Origin: Bugula neritina
Lineage: Eukaryota > Animalia > Bryozoa
DNA: 64,000 nt
NCBI GenBank assembly: GCA_964035545.1
Contig: OZ037773.1
Location: forward strand, 6,849,751 to 6,913,750
Reading direction: 5' to 3'
Position numbers and translations under genes: made by a program. Positions 26,283-39,500 of the stretch are shown one piece after another. A model generated the notes under the pieces. It was not told the origin of the DNA. It did not search any database and was given only the letters and a program-made list of their open reading frames with translations. The number at the start of each line of letters is the position of its first letter. Positions within the stretch are counted from its first letter, which is position 1.

Positions 26283-29200
26283 GCAGATCAGCGATTTAAA
26301 ACACTATTTAGATATGAAAAAAATCAATCTACGTAAATAGAAAAACATATAAATTGACTATTAAATAAATCAACACGTATTGCTGGAAAATGATCAGATG
26401 CATGTGGCATCAGTAAAAACTTTATATTCGGCAAATTTTATTTCAACAAAGCTAAAGAGCTGTTGAGAAATGCATACTGTCTTTGTTGTTTTTGTAAATT
26501 TAAAGTTGGAAAATAAGAATTGATCAGCTTTCTGTAAACTTCTGATAATTCTCCAAATCTTTTAAATTATAATTGATTTTTTATTGAGTTTAGTTGGCAA
26601 TGTGCATAATGATAGAGCATATTTATTCTTTTAAAGTTTATGAAAAATGTGCTAATGCATGCTTTTTCTTCATTATTTTAAATGAAACTGCAAAAACCCA
26701 AAGCATTGCATACAAATGAAACTTTTGAACCTTTTAATTAGAATAAATCTTTTATTTCTATTGGAAGCAAAATGCAGGCAGAGTTCAAAAAGTTGATAGA
26801 AAAAAGACACCCCATTTCAACAATGACAGGTTGGTGAGAAGTCCTTTTGCGCAAACAATTGTTGTCCTATGCAAGGGCAACATTTGCAATAAAATACGTA
26901 GCCAGTTCAACTACTTATAACTTTCAGCAGTAAATGCCCCGAGGCCATCTGCAACACAATCTTTATATTTTATATTTATTTAATATTTTCATAGTTGATA
27001 TAGTATTTGAGAAAAGACAAAGCATCTTAAGTGGTAGTAAATTAGTGTAACTTGAATTGTGCTACACATAATAGCTTTAATATATTGCTAATAACGTTAG
27101 TGACCATGTTCTAAAAACAACATCAAGTTGTAAAGCAAAAAATAGAGGTATTTCTATCTGTCTTTACTAAATTCAACTTTGTGCACTTTTGTGTGATAGT
27201 CATTTACTTTTACTATACCTAATATATTATATGTTTACTAATGTTTTATTAATCATTACTATTTAGCTTATGTATGTTTTAAAATTAATATTTTATGCAT
27301 TTTATGTTTTGATGCTCTTACAATTTGCCAGAGAATAAATGAAGTTTATAAAGTAAAGCAACACAAAACACTCTTGAAGAAAAATAATAGGCAAGTACAA
27401 GTAACAAAAAGATTCATCTTCCTAAACTTCGTTGATAGCAGAACTTCATTGACTACTGCTCAGCTCATATCCTCCCCAAACTACTCACTAAAAACGTGAA
27501 AAGTTTCTCAAAACATCAATTGGCAGGTATCTCTTCAAAATATACCAGCAAAAAATCGGTCACTTGACCAATACTAAATACAAGCATCACTTGAACATGA
27601 AAGCTACTTAGAACTCTATAAGCTAATGCTCAAATTCAACTAAAATAAATTTAAAAATTCAAAAAACCAAACTGCAAAATATAGTTGACCCCTTTATGTT
27701 TTAGACTGTGGCTCCAAATGTTAAAAAAATAGTTTTCAAAAGTAAAAAAATCTGCCTCTACCAGGACTTGAACTTAGGGTCCTTTAGCCAGCAACTCGGT
27801 GCTTGCTCCAAATGTTGAAAAAATAGTTTAAAAAAAGTAAAAAAAAATTGCCTCTACCAGGACTTGAACTCAGGGTCGTTTAGCCAGCAACTCGGTGCTA
27901 GCTCCAAATGTTGAAAAAAAAGTTTTAAAAAAGTAAAAAAAAATTTCCTCTACCAGGACTTGAACTCAGGGTTCTTTAGCCAGCAACTCAGTGCGCTATA
28001 CATCACAATCTTAGAGCCACGCTAAACTAGGTCACCTCTATCTAATAAGAAAACACTTCGAAAAGCGCTAATTAGAGCTGGCTAAGTTTCAATAACACAA
28101 ATCAATATGAAGCCACGAACATACCGCCACAGCACACAAAAATAGACAAAGAATGCATGTTTATTGTTGGAAAATTCGAAAAAGAGCTTCAGAAATCTTT
28201 TGTTGGTATGGGTATGCAGCATTTAGTGATTTACAAACCAACAGTGATAAGTGGTTTTGGACAACCAACACTCAGTAATAGTACCTCCTCCTAACAAATC
28301 ATCAGCCCCAGGAGACTGAAACTGGCTGGTTCAAACTTTTTTGAAAATATGAAAAAACTAATAAATAAAACCTAAACTTCTTAGGCAATGAGCTGTGTTA
28401 TGTCTGTTATAACTTAAATTAAAATAGAATATAACACAATTCTATTGATTATTTGATTTTTATAATATTGCATTCTATCTAATTATGCAGTAGTCAAAGT
28501 ATCAAAAAACATAATTTGCTAAATATATTAGTAAAAATATTAAAAATAGTAGTAGCTAGTAATTATCATAATGAGTATTTTTGAGTCACTAATTTTTTTT
28601 TCAGTATTTATAAAAACCCAAGGTCATGTATTATAGCAACTTCCCTTGTATTTATATTCAACTGAGGGGTTTATGGCAAAGTTTCTGATGAAAAAGTAAT
28701 ATCATATGATCTATATTCATTACTAAATTAGCTTGTCAAAGCATTAGCATATGTTGTGATGAGCCCAGACTTTTACCTTAGAAACTCAAACTGTATACAG
28801 TATAGATATTCATTGGCGCTAATATGATTACAAGAATATAAATTTACCATTGGAAATAAAATATTAGAAAACAGAATGAAAATTAGAACATATTGTAACT
28901 ATAATATTTAGAAATAGTCATATTTATGACAATAATTGTGCTACTTATCTTGTCTGCGCTTCTCGCGCTCAATATTTTGATAAATGTCTTGATTATTGGC
29001 GCTTTGCAAACCCTTCATACAAGTGGGCTGACCTGCGCAGTCTAAGGTTGAGGTACAAGTGTAGCTTTGGTTACTATGAAAATTCTACGTAGTTTCTCTT
29101 ATAGAAAATCGGTTTATAAGCTAAACTTGTTTTGTAAAGAGCAGACAATTTCCTATAAAATGGCCGTTTGCTAAAAACTGGATAAAACTATAAAAAAAAT

Positions 29201-29570
29201 TGTTCTGTTACCCCTTTATGTAGAATGACATGCATAATATTGAAAACTACAGTTAGAGCAGCATAGCTGTGTATTGTGTGCATAGAAGCAGTTATGAATG
29301 GCTCAAGACATGTGGAGACAAATCAAAATGAGAACCTACAAACAGTGAGACAGTTGGATTTTCCAACAAATATGTTAGTATAAAATTAGAGGATGGCCAC
29401 ACAAAGTAGCAGCTCTACGTGAACCATAAAGTTGGTTCGCTTTGGTCTGTGGGTTTTATTGGAATTTGTAAAAGCTCTATAACAAAAAATGTTACTTCGT
29501 GTTTAATTTATGTTGTACAATTCAACAAAAAGCAGTTTTTGTTACCTATAAAAAAATTTCAAAGAACATC
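26283..29570 (+). repeat. Right copy of the diverged long direct repeat
   Basis: Collinear similarity to 15550-19330 as described for the left copy. Confidence 0.85.
27711..27996 (-). repeat. Three tandem ~95-bp units containing a degenerate tRNA-like (B-box) segment; single related copy at 17640-17695 and a weaker one at ~8352-8412
   Basis: Units start GCTCCAAATGTT at 27711, ~27805 and 27901. Minus strand reads ...GAGTTCAAGTCCTGGTAGAGGC; the left-copy equivalent reads GGTTCGAGTCCAGGCGAAGGCG. Confidence 0.8.
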
Positions 29571-30747
29571 TGCTCTTCACTTAACATACTAGTGTCAAGT
29601 CATATAACATTGTATATCAATTATATTAACAAATTGATTATAAAAATAATACAATATAATTGTCAAAAACAGTAAAAATCCTAATGAAAGTTTTGTGGTT
29701 ATAATACAGATGAAGCAGCAACATGCCTTCTGCAGTTTAGCTAAAAATAAATTTGTGCAAATAATACAATGAAAAGAATCCAAAAATGACATATTTCAGT
29801 TGTTTAGCACAATTAAGCTTGTTTTAATTTGTAAAAGTCATCATAAAATGATAGAAATGCAAAAACTTTAATTTTGGGAAGCAGCCAATAATGTGGCATC
29901 AAAAATTATTTGAAACCAAAATATCAATACAACTAGAAAATGGGACACTATATAAATATGCATGAATATAATATGTAGCTGATTGGCTAAGATAACGCTG
30001 TAAGGAGCTGTGAGGTAGTTGAGAGCTGTCGAGACTTTGATATGGTAGTTGTTATCAGCTCTTGGTTTCCTCACTAAGAGTTTCATCAGCTGAGTTTGTT
30101 TGTATCTGGCAGCATAAGCTGACCCAGCTGTCATCATAATTTACGATGCACTGTTCATTTATTGCAAAACAAAAGCATTTTTAGCCATCATTCTGTTGCT
30201 TGTTTAAAAAGCAATTCATCTATTGGCTCTTTTCCAAAATGCCTGGCCGTAACAATTTACTTGCAATGATGTGCATCGCAATGTTTACACTTATAAGATC
30301 CTCTTCTTTCGATAAATGCAAACACCTATTTGCAAATATGCAGGCGTCACCGCAGTTAGTTGGAAAAAGTCTTTCTGCATATATAGTCTGCTTATTTTTT
30401 ACACAGGATGTTATAATTAAGTTAATGAAAATGTTAATGGATTTGGTGAGCGAAAATAATAATGTTGTGATGTTTTATATTTGACATTATTTTCGTTGAC
30501 ATAATAATCATTTGTGACATAGTTTCAAGTGCAAGAGATTACTAGATTGTACACGAGTCAGTTTACTTCATTTAGTACACACCAGCAACTTATGACCTAA
30601 CATTAAAGTTTGCTCAAAATCAATTGCAATTTACTATACATGCTATTTTTATGTGCTGGTTTTAATACATAACAGAAAAGGCTGGAAGGGGATTCCCCAA
30701 CATTAAAGCACAAGTCATTGTCATATGCACTTAATATTCTATATGTG

Positions 30748-30791
30748 CGGACCGTTACGAAAAAACCGTAACGGTCCGTAACCAAAACTAG
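30748..30791 (+). other. Perfect GC-rich 12-bp hairpin followed by CTAG (Helitron-like 3' end)
   Basis: CGGACCGTTACG-AAAAAAC-CGTAACGGTCCG, with CTAG at 30788-30791. The hairpin is certain; the Helitron reading is inference. Confidence 0.45.
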
Positions 30792-31920
30792 CTGAATAAA
30801 TAGGGAAAAACATGGGAAATGAAGCAAAATTAAAAAGAACTTTGATTATTTAGGTGTATTTATTGGTGTTTTACTAGTTTTGGCCAAAAAACCATGTTAA
30901 TTACCAGCTAAATTGTGAAAAATAGCCAAAAACTGAAGATATCCAGCGTGTACAATTACTAAATTAAGTAAAATGACCCACGTGTGTACCAAGTAACACT
31001 TAGCTATAGACAATGTACTGGTTTAAATGACTTCACTTATCCAATATAATCAATGAAGTTAATAAATTAGAAGTTAAAAAGCTGGTCTGTTTACCATATA
31101 TTTACCCGAAGACCATGGTTAAAGCTAAAATTTATGTATTAATTATTCTTATATAGATATCTTTTTGCAAATTAGCAAATTTATTAGCTTCCATAAAAAA
31201 GTTTGCATAATAATTTTTAATAAAATTTTGTACTTAGTGCATTGGCACTAGTGGTACAAGTATTAATCAACGAAATTTTGTTGATGCATCGCAGTTGTCT
31301 TAAAAGATATTCATATTATAAATGTCAATAAAAATCAAAATAATAAATACATGAATATAGTTGCAAAATAATACTTTTACTAGGAATTTTTGACTTCAAA
31401 AGCTGTGCACTTTTAAAAAATATATTTTTCTGATGATAATTTTTTGTTCCAATCAAGAAATACTTGAATTGCAAATAATAGTTCATATTATATTAATTTA
31501 AAGCTCAATTTCATAACACAGAGGAAAGCATACAACTCCTGCAAGCTATAATGCAACATTGTACAAACAACTCCATTGTTGCAAGGAAACCTCTAATGAA
31601 GAGCTTGAGCTGAGGTTCTTAAAGTCTGATTATGACCCATCGTGATGACTTATGACTCATCGTAATATCCTATGACTCATCGTGGCACTGTGGCTAGGTT
31701 CCTTCTTATAGTTACTAATGTTTTTTATTTTTCAATTTTATGTCATAGTTTTTTGTGGATTATTTTATTTGAAAAAGACCAGCATACCACCTCATGGTAT
31801 TTTCTCTTAAAGATAAGAATCATATTATTTATCAATGTTAATTGGGAACTGGAATGATAACTCCCCAACCTGTATTCTCTCAATAGAATATTTATCTTAG
31901 GTGTTAGAGGATTGCTTTAA

Positions 31921-32136
31921 GGGAGCAGCCGGGATCTAGGGGTTAGAGTGCTTTCTTAGTGAACACAAAGTCGAGAGTTCGAACCCGACAAAGGCCATTG
32001 GTCATGTTAGGAAGAGCATCCAGTCATAATTGCTCCTGTGCCCCATCTGAATAAGTCCTTAGCCCGATCTAACAAAAACCTTTCCATCAGGGGTTCTCAC
32101 AGTGATGGTGACTATAAAGTTGTGTGAGTTATTTTT
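31921..32136 (+). mobile_element. tRNA-derived SINE, copy 1
   Basis: GGGAGCAGCC head with A box and AGTTCGAACCC B box, conserved body AGGAAGAGCATCCAGTCATAATTGCTCCTGTG, T-rich tail; four other copies in the window. Confidence 0.9.
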
Positions 32137-33432
32137 AGAGGAACTTGTTTCTGAGCTATTCTTTGACTACTTGCCAGCGCATGTCATTTGGCAGGATGAG
32201 ATGCCAGCTGCTGCTTATGTACCATTTATTATATCATTCGCTCTTTGACTTTCATTTTATTGGAGGCATGTGCGACAGCAATGAAGGGACAAGTGATGGT
32301 TCAACAAATTCCATTATAAGATGTAGTGTTAATTGAACTGAAAGGAACTCTGCAAAATCTTTTCACTATCTGCTCAAATTCTAACCTTTTTCGACAAAGA
32401 GGTGTTGGACATCTTACCGCTGCGCACACGACTTCTGTTATTTCGTTTGTGTTGATCCAATCTTCAGCAACTACCATAATATTAGTGGCAATTAGCTTTC
32501 TATATACTATTTTTCTCTTGACTTCGTTACAGCAAACTCACATCTTGCTATAATCACACGTTTTATTTGTTACTCAATGCTAAAGTGTGGTGGCATAAAT
32601 TTTATATTTCTACATCAAGAATATATGTGTTTGAAAGAAAGCCTTTAGCTCATTTTTCATCTATATAATATCTTATTAATTTATTAACTAAGATAATCTT
32701 AATTAGCTAGTGCTAATTAATCAACACCAAAGTATATCATAGACATATTAAATTAGGAATTAAAATAATGTTTCAAGCAGGTGCATATTCTGGAATGTTC
32801 TTAAAAGTAGAAACGTTGAATATTAATAACTAGAAGTAAGCTTTATGTTTCAGAAACACCCTGCAATCTTATCTCTTATCTAGACAATATGTGTTAGCTC
32901 AGTGTTGAAAAATAAATTTATGTACTAATTAATCTATAGTCTAACTGTACTAGCTGATTATTTATTAGCCTGCTACACTTAATATAAAAATATGATGAGT
33001 AAATTAGTTATACTGTTACATCCATAGTTTAGATATAAGCTCTTCTTACCACATAAAGAGCACAAAATCAATATTGTAAACCGAAAATACGTAAATAATG
33101 CTATTAGACAATGTCAAATACCCAAACAATATAATATAATCAAACCGTATAGTATCAACACATTATTTTACTGGTTAGCATTTCTCAGTAAATTACAAAA
33201 AATAGCTCAAGATTTTCAAGTCTTAGGCAAGTTTATTGCAGAAAGTTTCAAATTAATAAGCTGTACAGATAATGTTCTTCAACACAATAAACAAAACATA
33301 GCATTAAGTAGATAAAAACAATCAAATTTTAAAAAAATACCCCATAAGTAATATAAGCCACTAGAAATACAAAATTTGGGTGATAAAAATTGCTTAGAGA
33401 AATGAAAAGCTCAAGTTTACATGTTGTTGATT

Positions 33433-33530
33433 ACATGTAAGTTACTGAGCTAGCCACACGTAAGTTACAGAGCTAGCCACATGTAAGTTACTGAGCTAGC
33501 CACATGTAAGTTACTGAGCTAGCCACATGT
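33433..33530. repeat. 23-bp minisatellite (ACATGTAAGTTACTGAGCTAGCC), about 4 copies
   Basis: Visible tandem array just 3' of the GPCR CDS. Confidence 0.9.
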
Positions 33531-33899
33531 AGGTCATTGTATTATGAAATCTTAAAAAATCAAGTCATGGTAAAAGATAAATCTATGACGAATCAAACAA
33601 GTTTTGAATTGAGATCTAGGAAAGAAGTGAATTAAAGCAACAGACAGACCAAGAAATGCCGAGTATAAAACTGTGATTGCTGTTGGGAGTTATGGCACCA
33701 CAATCTACTAAATTTGCATAGCAACAGCAACCACAATGATATAAAACTGTGTGAGTTGCTCTTAAGAGATTTTAGAAAATAAGAAAACCCTACATATAAC
33801 TAGGAACATATTAATTTATACAAGAAGTTAAAGGCGACCGAGTATACAATATTCTCCTTGAGGCAGTAGACTGTGTACACGAGGACACAACTCTGACAA

Positions 33900-35003
33900 T
33901 TAAAAAGCGAAGTTGACCTTGTTGTGTCGACAGGTGAGAAGTCTGCAATATGTTCTTCTAAAAGCCCTGTTCATTCCTGCGTAAATGAAGACATTGAGGC
34001 ATGAGTTGGTGACGGCGACAGCAAAAAATATATGGTAGACTGACGCAGGAAGTTTACTGTGGTAGTCAATGGTAAAAACTGTCACTATGGGCAGCCAGCA
34101 ACAAAGAAACACCACAAACACTGTACACAGGTTTGTGACAATTCTACGGGAAGCTCGGTTTCTCTTAGCAGTATGAATATGGACGGTAGAGCTGGAATTG
34201 TTGTTACTTGGTCCTGAGCTTGATAGTTCATAATCCTCAACCTTAGAGCTATCTTGGGTAACATAGTCTACACCGGTCGAGCTTGATTTTGAGTAATTGT
34301 TACCAGCACTGCATTTGCGAGCAGACATTTTCAGTCTATTCTGAGTTCGTCTGAAGTGGATGATGATACTAATGTAGCAGAAGAGTGTGATTACAGTACA
34401 AGGTCCGACGCACACACCGTGGAGCATGGTTTGGACGTAGATGTAGGTCAGGGAGTCGTGTGATATGAAGATACACGTTCCCATCAGGGAGTTGTAGCCA
34501 AACTGCCCAAATCCAAGTAAAGCTGGTAGCACTAGCATCACAGGCATGGTCCATAGAACCACCACACTCAGCGCCACGTTTTTCCGACTGTAAAGTCTCG
34601 TGTATAGCTCACTTCCTCTGACCAACAGGATGTAGCGATTTACTGCAATGGCGGCTAAGCCGAACATAGTTTTACCTAATAGCCCGATGTTCAGTGCACC
34701 TATGAATGTGCATACCTGGGTAGGTATAGTGTTATGATCTACGGTGAGGAGGTAGGCTGAGAACGGCGCTATCACGGCGCACACGACAAAGTCTGCTGCA
34801 GCTAAGTTACCTATGTACACATTTGGGATAGACTTGAGCTTTTTGTTTATGAGTATAGAGATAATAGTCAGACTGTTACCAATGACTCCGACCACGGATA
34901 TGATGCAGTATAGCGCCATAGCAATGGTTGGTATGGTGGTATTAACAGCTTCTTCTGCCTCTTCATAATCTCTAGGTTGGAAGTGAAAATCTGTTTGATT
35001 CAT
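33900..35003 (-). CDS. Class A (rhodopsin-like) GPCR, melatonin-receptor/Moody/Tre1-like, 367 aa, intronless CDS
   Basis: Seven hydrophobic segments; GN (TM1), NLAAAD (TM2), AVNRY (TM3), W (TM4), CCWLP (TM6), NSCLNVFIY (TM7), helix 8 FRRTY; N-glycosylation site at MNQT. True ATG at 35003 follows an acceptor TTTTCTTGTAG| at 35017, so the ORF-track extension to 35063 is intronic. Confidence 0.93.
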   Translation of the reverse strand: MNQTDFHFQPRDYEEAEEAVNTTIPTIAMALYCIISVVGVIGNSLTIISILINKKLKSIPNVYIGNLAAADFVVCAVIAPFSAYLLTVDHNTIPTQVCTFIGALNIGLLGKTMFGLAAIAVNRYILLVRGSELYTRLYSRKNVALSVVVLWTMPVMLVLPALLGFGQFGYNSLMGTCIFISHDSLTYIYVQTMLHGVCVGPCTVITLFCYISIIIHFRRTQNRLKMSARKCSAGNNYSKSSSTGVDYVTQDSSKVEDYELSSSGPSNNNSSSTVHIHTAKRNRASRRIVTNLCTVFVVFLCCWLPIVTVFTIDYHSKLPASVYHIFFAVAVTNSCLNVFIYAGMNRAFRRTYCRLLTCRHNKVNFAF

Positions 35004-36431
35004 TTTCAACTTTTGGCTACAAGAAAAAAAATAGTACACTATTTTTTCAGTGTAAACCCACAAACAAATTAATAGTTATTATTGCTTAAAAATAGTAAAA
35101 GCATTATTAAAAAAACTTTGAAATTTACTGAAAACCTCAGATTTTCTTATCTATTGATAATCATGGCGTGTCAACTTTTAGAGTGCTGTTAATACAGAAA
35201 CCTTTGGTATAAGATATGGTAATATTATTATATATTCACTCAGCACATTTAGCAATCAAAAGTATGAAATTTAAAGCAGGCATAAGCCTATATTATGGAC
35301 AGGATATGGGAATTAGCCACTATAGTAGTCTAGTGTAAAAGATAATCCTACTAATTAAAAAGTTACCCATGCTTGCGATAACAAATGAATAATGTTATTG
35401 TAGACTAAATCATTTTACAGTTAATTTTTCTGTTACAGAATTAACTAGCTAGCCACAATTTATAACAATATAAGACATTAATTATTAGCCCCTGTAATCA
35501 TATTTTTAGCCACACAACTACTGATACATGCAAATAAAATCCTATTTAGTGGTCACATTCAAAGTGACCCCAGAATTAATTTAATATAACATCTACCACA
35601 GACACTTCGTAGCAACAATGCAGTAATAATATAACTTCAAGTACTTGGTATTTAAATGTTAATTATCTTAACAGCAAATTCATAATAGAATAAAGTATAT
35701 TTCCTTTGTTTAATTTGCTCTGCAGTTTAATTTTGTAGACACACGGATTAAAGTACTAAACCATAACAAACTGTCACATCTCCGCACATACTTGAACTTT
35801 AAATATTATAAATGATTATAATTCTTTTATATTAAGAAAGCTGATTTTCAGGTGTAAATGAATTAGCTAAAGTGTTTATATAGTAGGAAAAATAATTAGG
35901 ACGATTTTTCGTCATGCATCTTTATGCATTCAGTTATTAAAATTACATTGTGTTCTTTTAAAATATCACGGATAGCAGCTTTTTTACAAGTTTAACTAGA
36001 CTTTGATATACTTAAATGTTGACAAACAGTATTAAATATGTAGCAATAATCAACTTGAGTATTTCTCCTAATTAAAAACTGTTATGAATAATTAGTTGCC
36101 TTGGCAACAGATGTTTATACAGAAACAATGAGTTGAAGCCGAGGCTCTGCTGGTGCCCTCCTCTATTTTGACTGCGCTCTTTATACAGAAACAGCACTAG
36201 GTTGAAGTTGATCAGATAATTAGCTGTTAATAGAATAATTAAAAGCTACCAGTATTACAAATTGTTAATTCAGTATAAAATATACAATAATAAGTTGGAT
36301 TAAAGCATAAGTAGATATATTCATAGCAGTGTCGGATGATTCACTGGGCCAAGTAGGAAGTTATCTTCTTTTAATGAGACACAAAACAAAGGCAATGTAA
36401 TGCACTTGAGTTGAGATTAAAGACTAAAGCA

Positions 36432-36570
36432 ATAGATATATTATAGGCAGACTATAGATATATAGATATATAGGCAGAGGTAGATATATAGATATATAGA
36501 CAGACTATAGATATATAGATACATAGGCAGACTATAGATATATAGATATATAGACAGAGGTAGATTTAGA
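36432..36570. repeat. Low-complexity (TAGATA/GCAGAC) minisatellite
   Basis: Repeated ATAGATATATAGAT...AGGCAGACT units. Confidence 0.85.
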
Positions 36571-39500
36571 TCTAGAGTTATTATAGTCAGGGATGTAGTG
36601 GAATAAGGTGACACTTTGATAGGTGGAGGAAATACTTATAAAGATAAGTATTAGATGATGGAAATCTTCAGATAAAACAATTGAAGCAGCTAATACAGCA
36701 GTTATAAGGAACAAATAGCAGAGCTTGCGAATGCAAGTGGCATTGAAGTGTTTCAACATCAGATATGTTGTTAGCTGTATGCCTTTTACTCTGCATGTGT
36801 AAATTTTATTTCTGTTAACGTTTTTTTCGTGCTAGTAAAGCTGCCAGTACAATGCAGTGAAAAATGATTAATTTTATCATAAAGTTACCATATCATATTT
36901 AATAAAAACCCAATCAAAAATTTGTTTATATAACTTCGTTGCATAAAAAGTTGCTTTCCTATGAAATAAAGAGATTATGACTCAAACCAGAAAGCATAAG
37001 CCATGTTTTCAAACTTGATTGGCAGGGAAGTAGATGGAGTAACAGAGAAATTGAGAAAAGCCTGAGTTCTAGAACAGGTTAATACAACAAAAGAAGTTCT
37101 GTTTTTACGAATTTAGGTTCTTGTTCCAAATCAAATAATACTAAAAATTTAAAAAAACTTGGCCAGTTAGTTAAATAGCGGACTAATACATATTGAAGTA
37201 AACTGTTGGGTAAAGGGTCTACCATTCACAAAATAATTGTTTGTACACAAAGGCATGCATATGTAATCAGCGTGCTGAAGGAGCTATTCTGTAAACTAGT
37301 ACCCTAGTAATATATTGCTTTTCAATTTAAAGTAGATTAACAAAAATGTCACTAAACCATTGATGGGTAAACCAGACAACTGCCTTTTCATATTAGTCGT
37401 AGAAATCTGAAAGACAAGATAACAAGTCTGTTTTAATATCTCTGTAACTAATTAATATGTTACGGTGAGTACGTAATTTTGCATGTTCTTGCTATCTTAA
37501 ATTAGCTAAAAGCTTAATAATTGATGAGCAAAGCCCAATTTGGCACCGGAGGAATTTTAAATGAACCTTGGGGTACCTGTTTGACTAATGGGCAATATAA
37601 ATCACATGAGCAATTAGCGAATAGCATTATTAGTTGCTGTTGGTTCAATTATTCAGCACTCATTGTGCTAATTGAGTAAAATGTCAGCCATGATGTGAGG
37701 CAGCAATGAGTCATCTGTATTTGTTTTCAGCACAACTTGATAACTGAGAGACCGCAGAAGATTACACTATAATTATATTAGTAATAACATATTCAGTTTA
37801 GTTAAAGGTACTATCTATCAAATAATCAAAGTAAATGATTTTATTTAAATAGTCAAGCAACAAATATCAGCAAAGTTTTGTCATAGCTAACAATTGTGAT
37901 CACTACTATTATTAGTTATTAATTGTTTCCAACACATTTGTGTAAAGTAAAGTTTAGTATTTGTCTCCCCTTGTTCTCAGGGTGGGTCCAATCTAGTGCA
38001 ACCATCCTCACTTTACACTGCTACACACTGTATGAGTTTATCTACTAAAATTAATTATTTTTCTCCTCCTTAAATGCTGCATAATTCAAATTATGTAACA
38101 ATCAACGCCCTAAGGTATAATTATATTACAATCTAATTATAGTACCTGGTACAACAATCTTTATAATATTTTGGAGTTGTGTGCTCAACAGCCAGAACAT
38201 AGTATTAGGCTTCAGATATCATTTGTGTGTTATATCAAACCAATCATTTGTCAACAACTACTGCAATATCTTTCTAGTATCATAAATAAGCTAATAATAA
38301 AAACAAAACAGGATCTCATTCTAGAAAACTAAGCCTACTTATATGAATGATCAAAGACGAAAACTATAATTTTACACCAAGCATAATTCATTAACATTAA
38401 CAATATACTAAATATTTCTGTTCTGAACTTATTTGTAATACTAATAAATGATAAACAATAAAACGTAGCCAAAAGGTGTGTTAGGTATGCAGTGGGCCAA
38501 ACAAAGTTAAATTTGTGTTCCATCATGACCTTGTACTTGAAATATTTGGTGGCAGCATGATTTGTTCAGAACCGCATATGTGCAGTATTTTAAGACAAAA
38601 CTTAACTTTTTTGCTAGAAATCACAATTAAGACTATACTCAAAGAGAAACTATAAGCACTGTAATATCTGTAATGCATTATATCCTGTCAAAACAAAGTC
38701 AAGTAAACTAAATTAATGATTTCTTTATGTTATAATTGATTGCTTTGCATATATATTGGTAATTAATTACAAGTCTTACTGAGCCATTTGCTAAGCACTA
38801 ATAGTTATTATAAATCATTTACTCTGACATAGATATGAACTAAGATATATATTGGATACTCTGTTTAAAATAGCATATGTTCTATACTTATAGTATTACT
38901 TAGTGTTAGCTGATGGCCCATTAGTGAAACACATAGATTATAGAAAGTAAACAAGGAGAAGTTGATATTAGTGCACAAATTTTAAACATGGTCATTTAGA
39001 ATGGGGAAAATCTATTAGGCGTGCAAAGGACTCTTGAAGTGGTATTGTTTACATAAAAACAATATCATTAGTCATGCAAATATAAATTGTCATAGTACAT
39101 GAAACAGTCATAATAAGTACTTCCATAATTATGATCACAATGGTGCAGGTCTGAGTGTTTTGTATTTATACTGTATTAGTATATATCGTTATTATCTGAC
39201 AGTGAAACTTGTATTTATTCCAAAAATCACCAGTTTGACTGTTTTAATAGACTGTGTCCTGAAATGCATATTGATTTGTTATACACTGTATACTGTTTTA
39301 ATACACTGCGAATTTTTCCAGGTCTATATGAGGCATATGCAGGTTTTAAAGTGAGAAAACCCTGTTATCTAGATTAAAAACGTAGCAAAAGAAGTTCAGA
39401 ATTTCTACTTCATGCCCCAAAACAAAATTTATAAGGAAAATTGGAGATTCAATATTGTCACTAGTGCACCAAAATGTTTGTATAGTAGCCCTATACTTAT

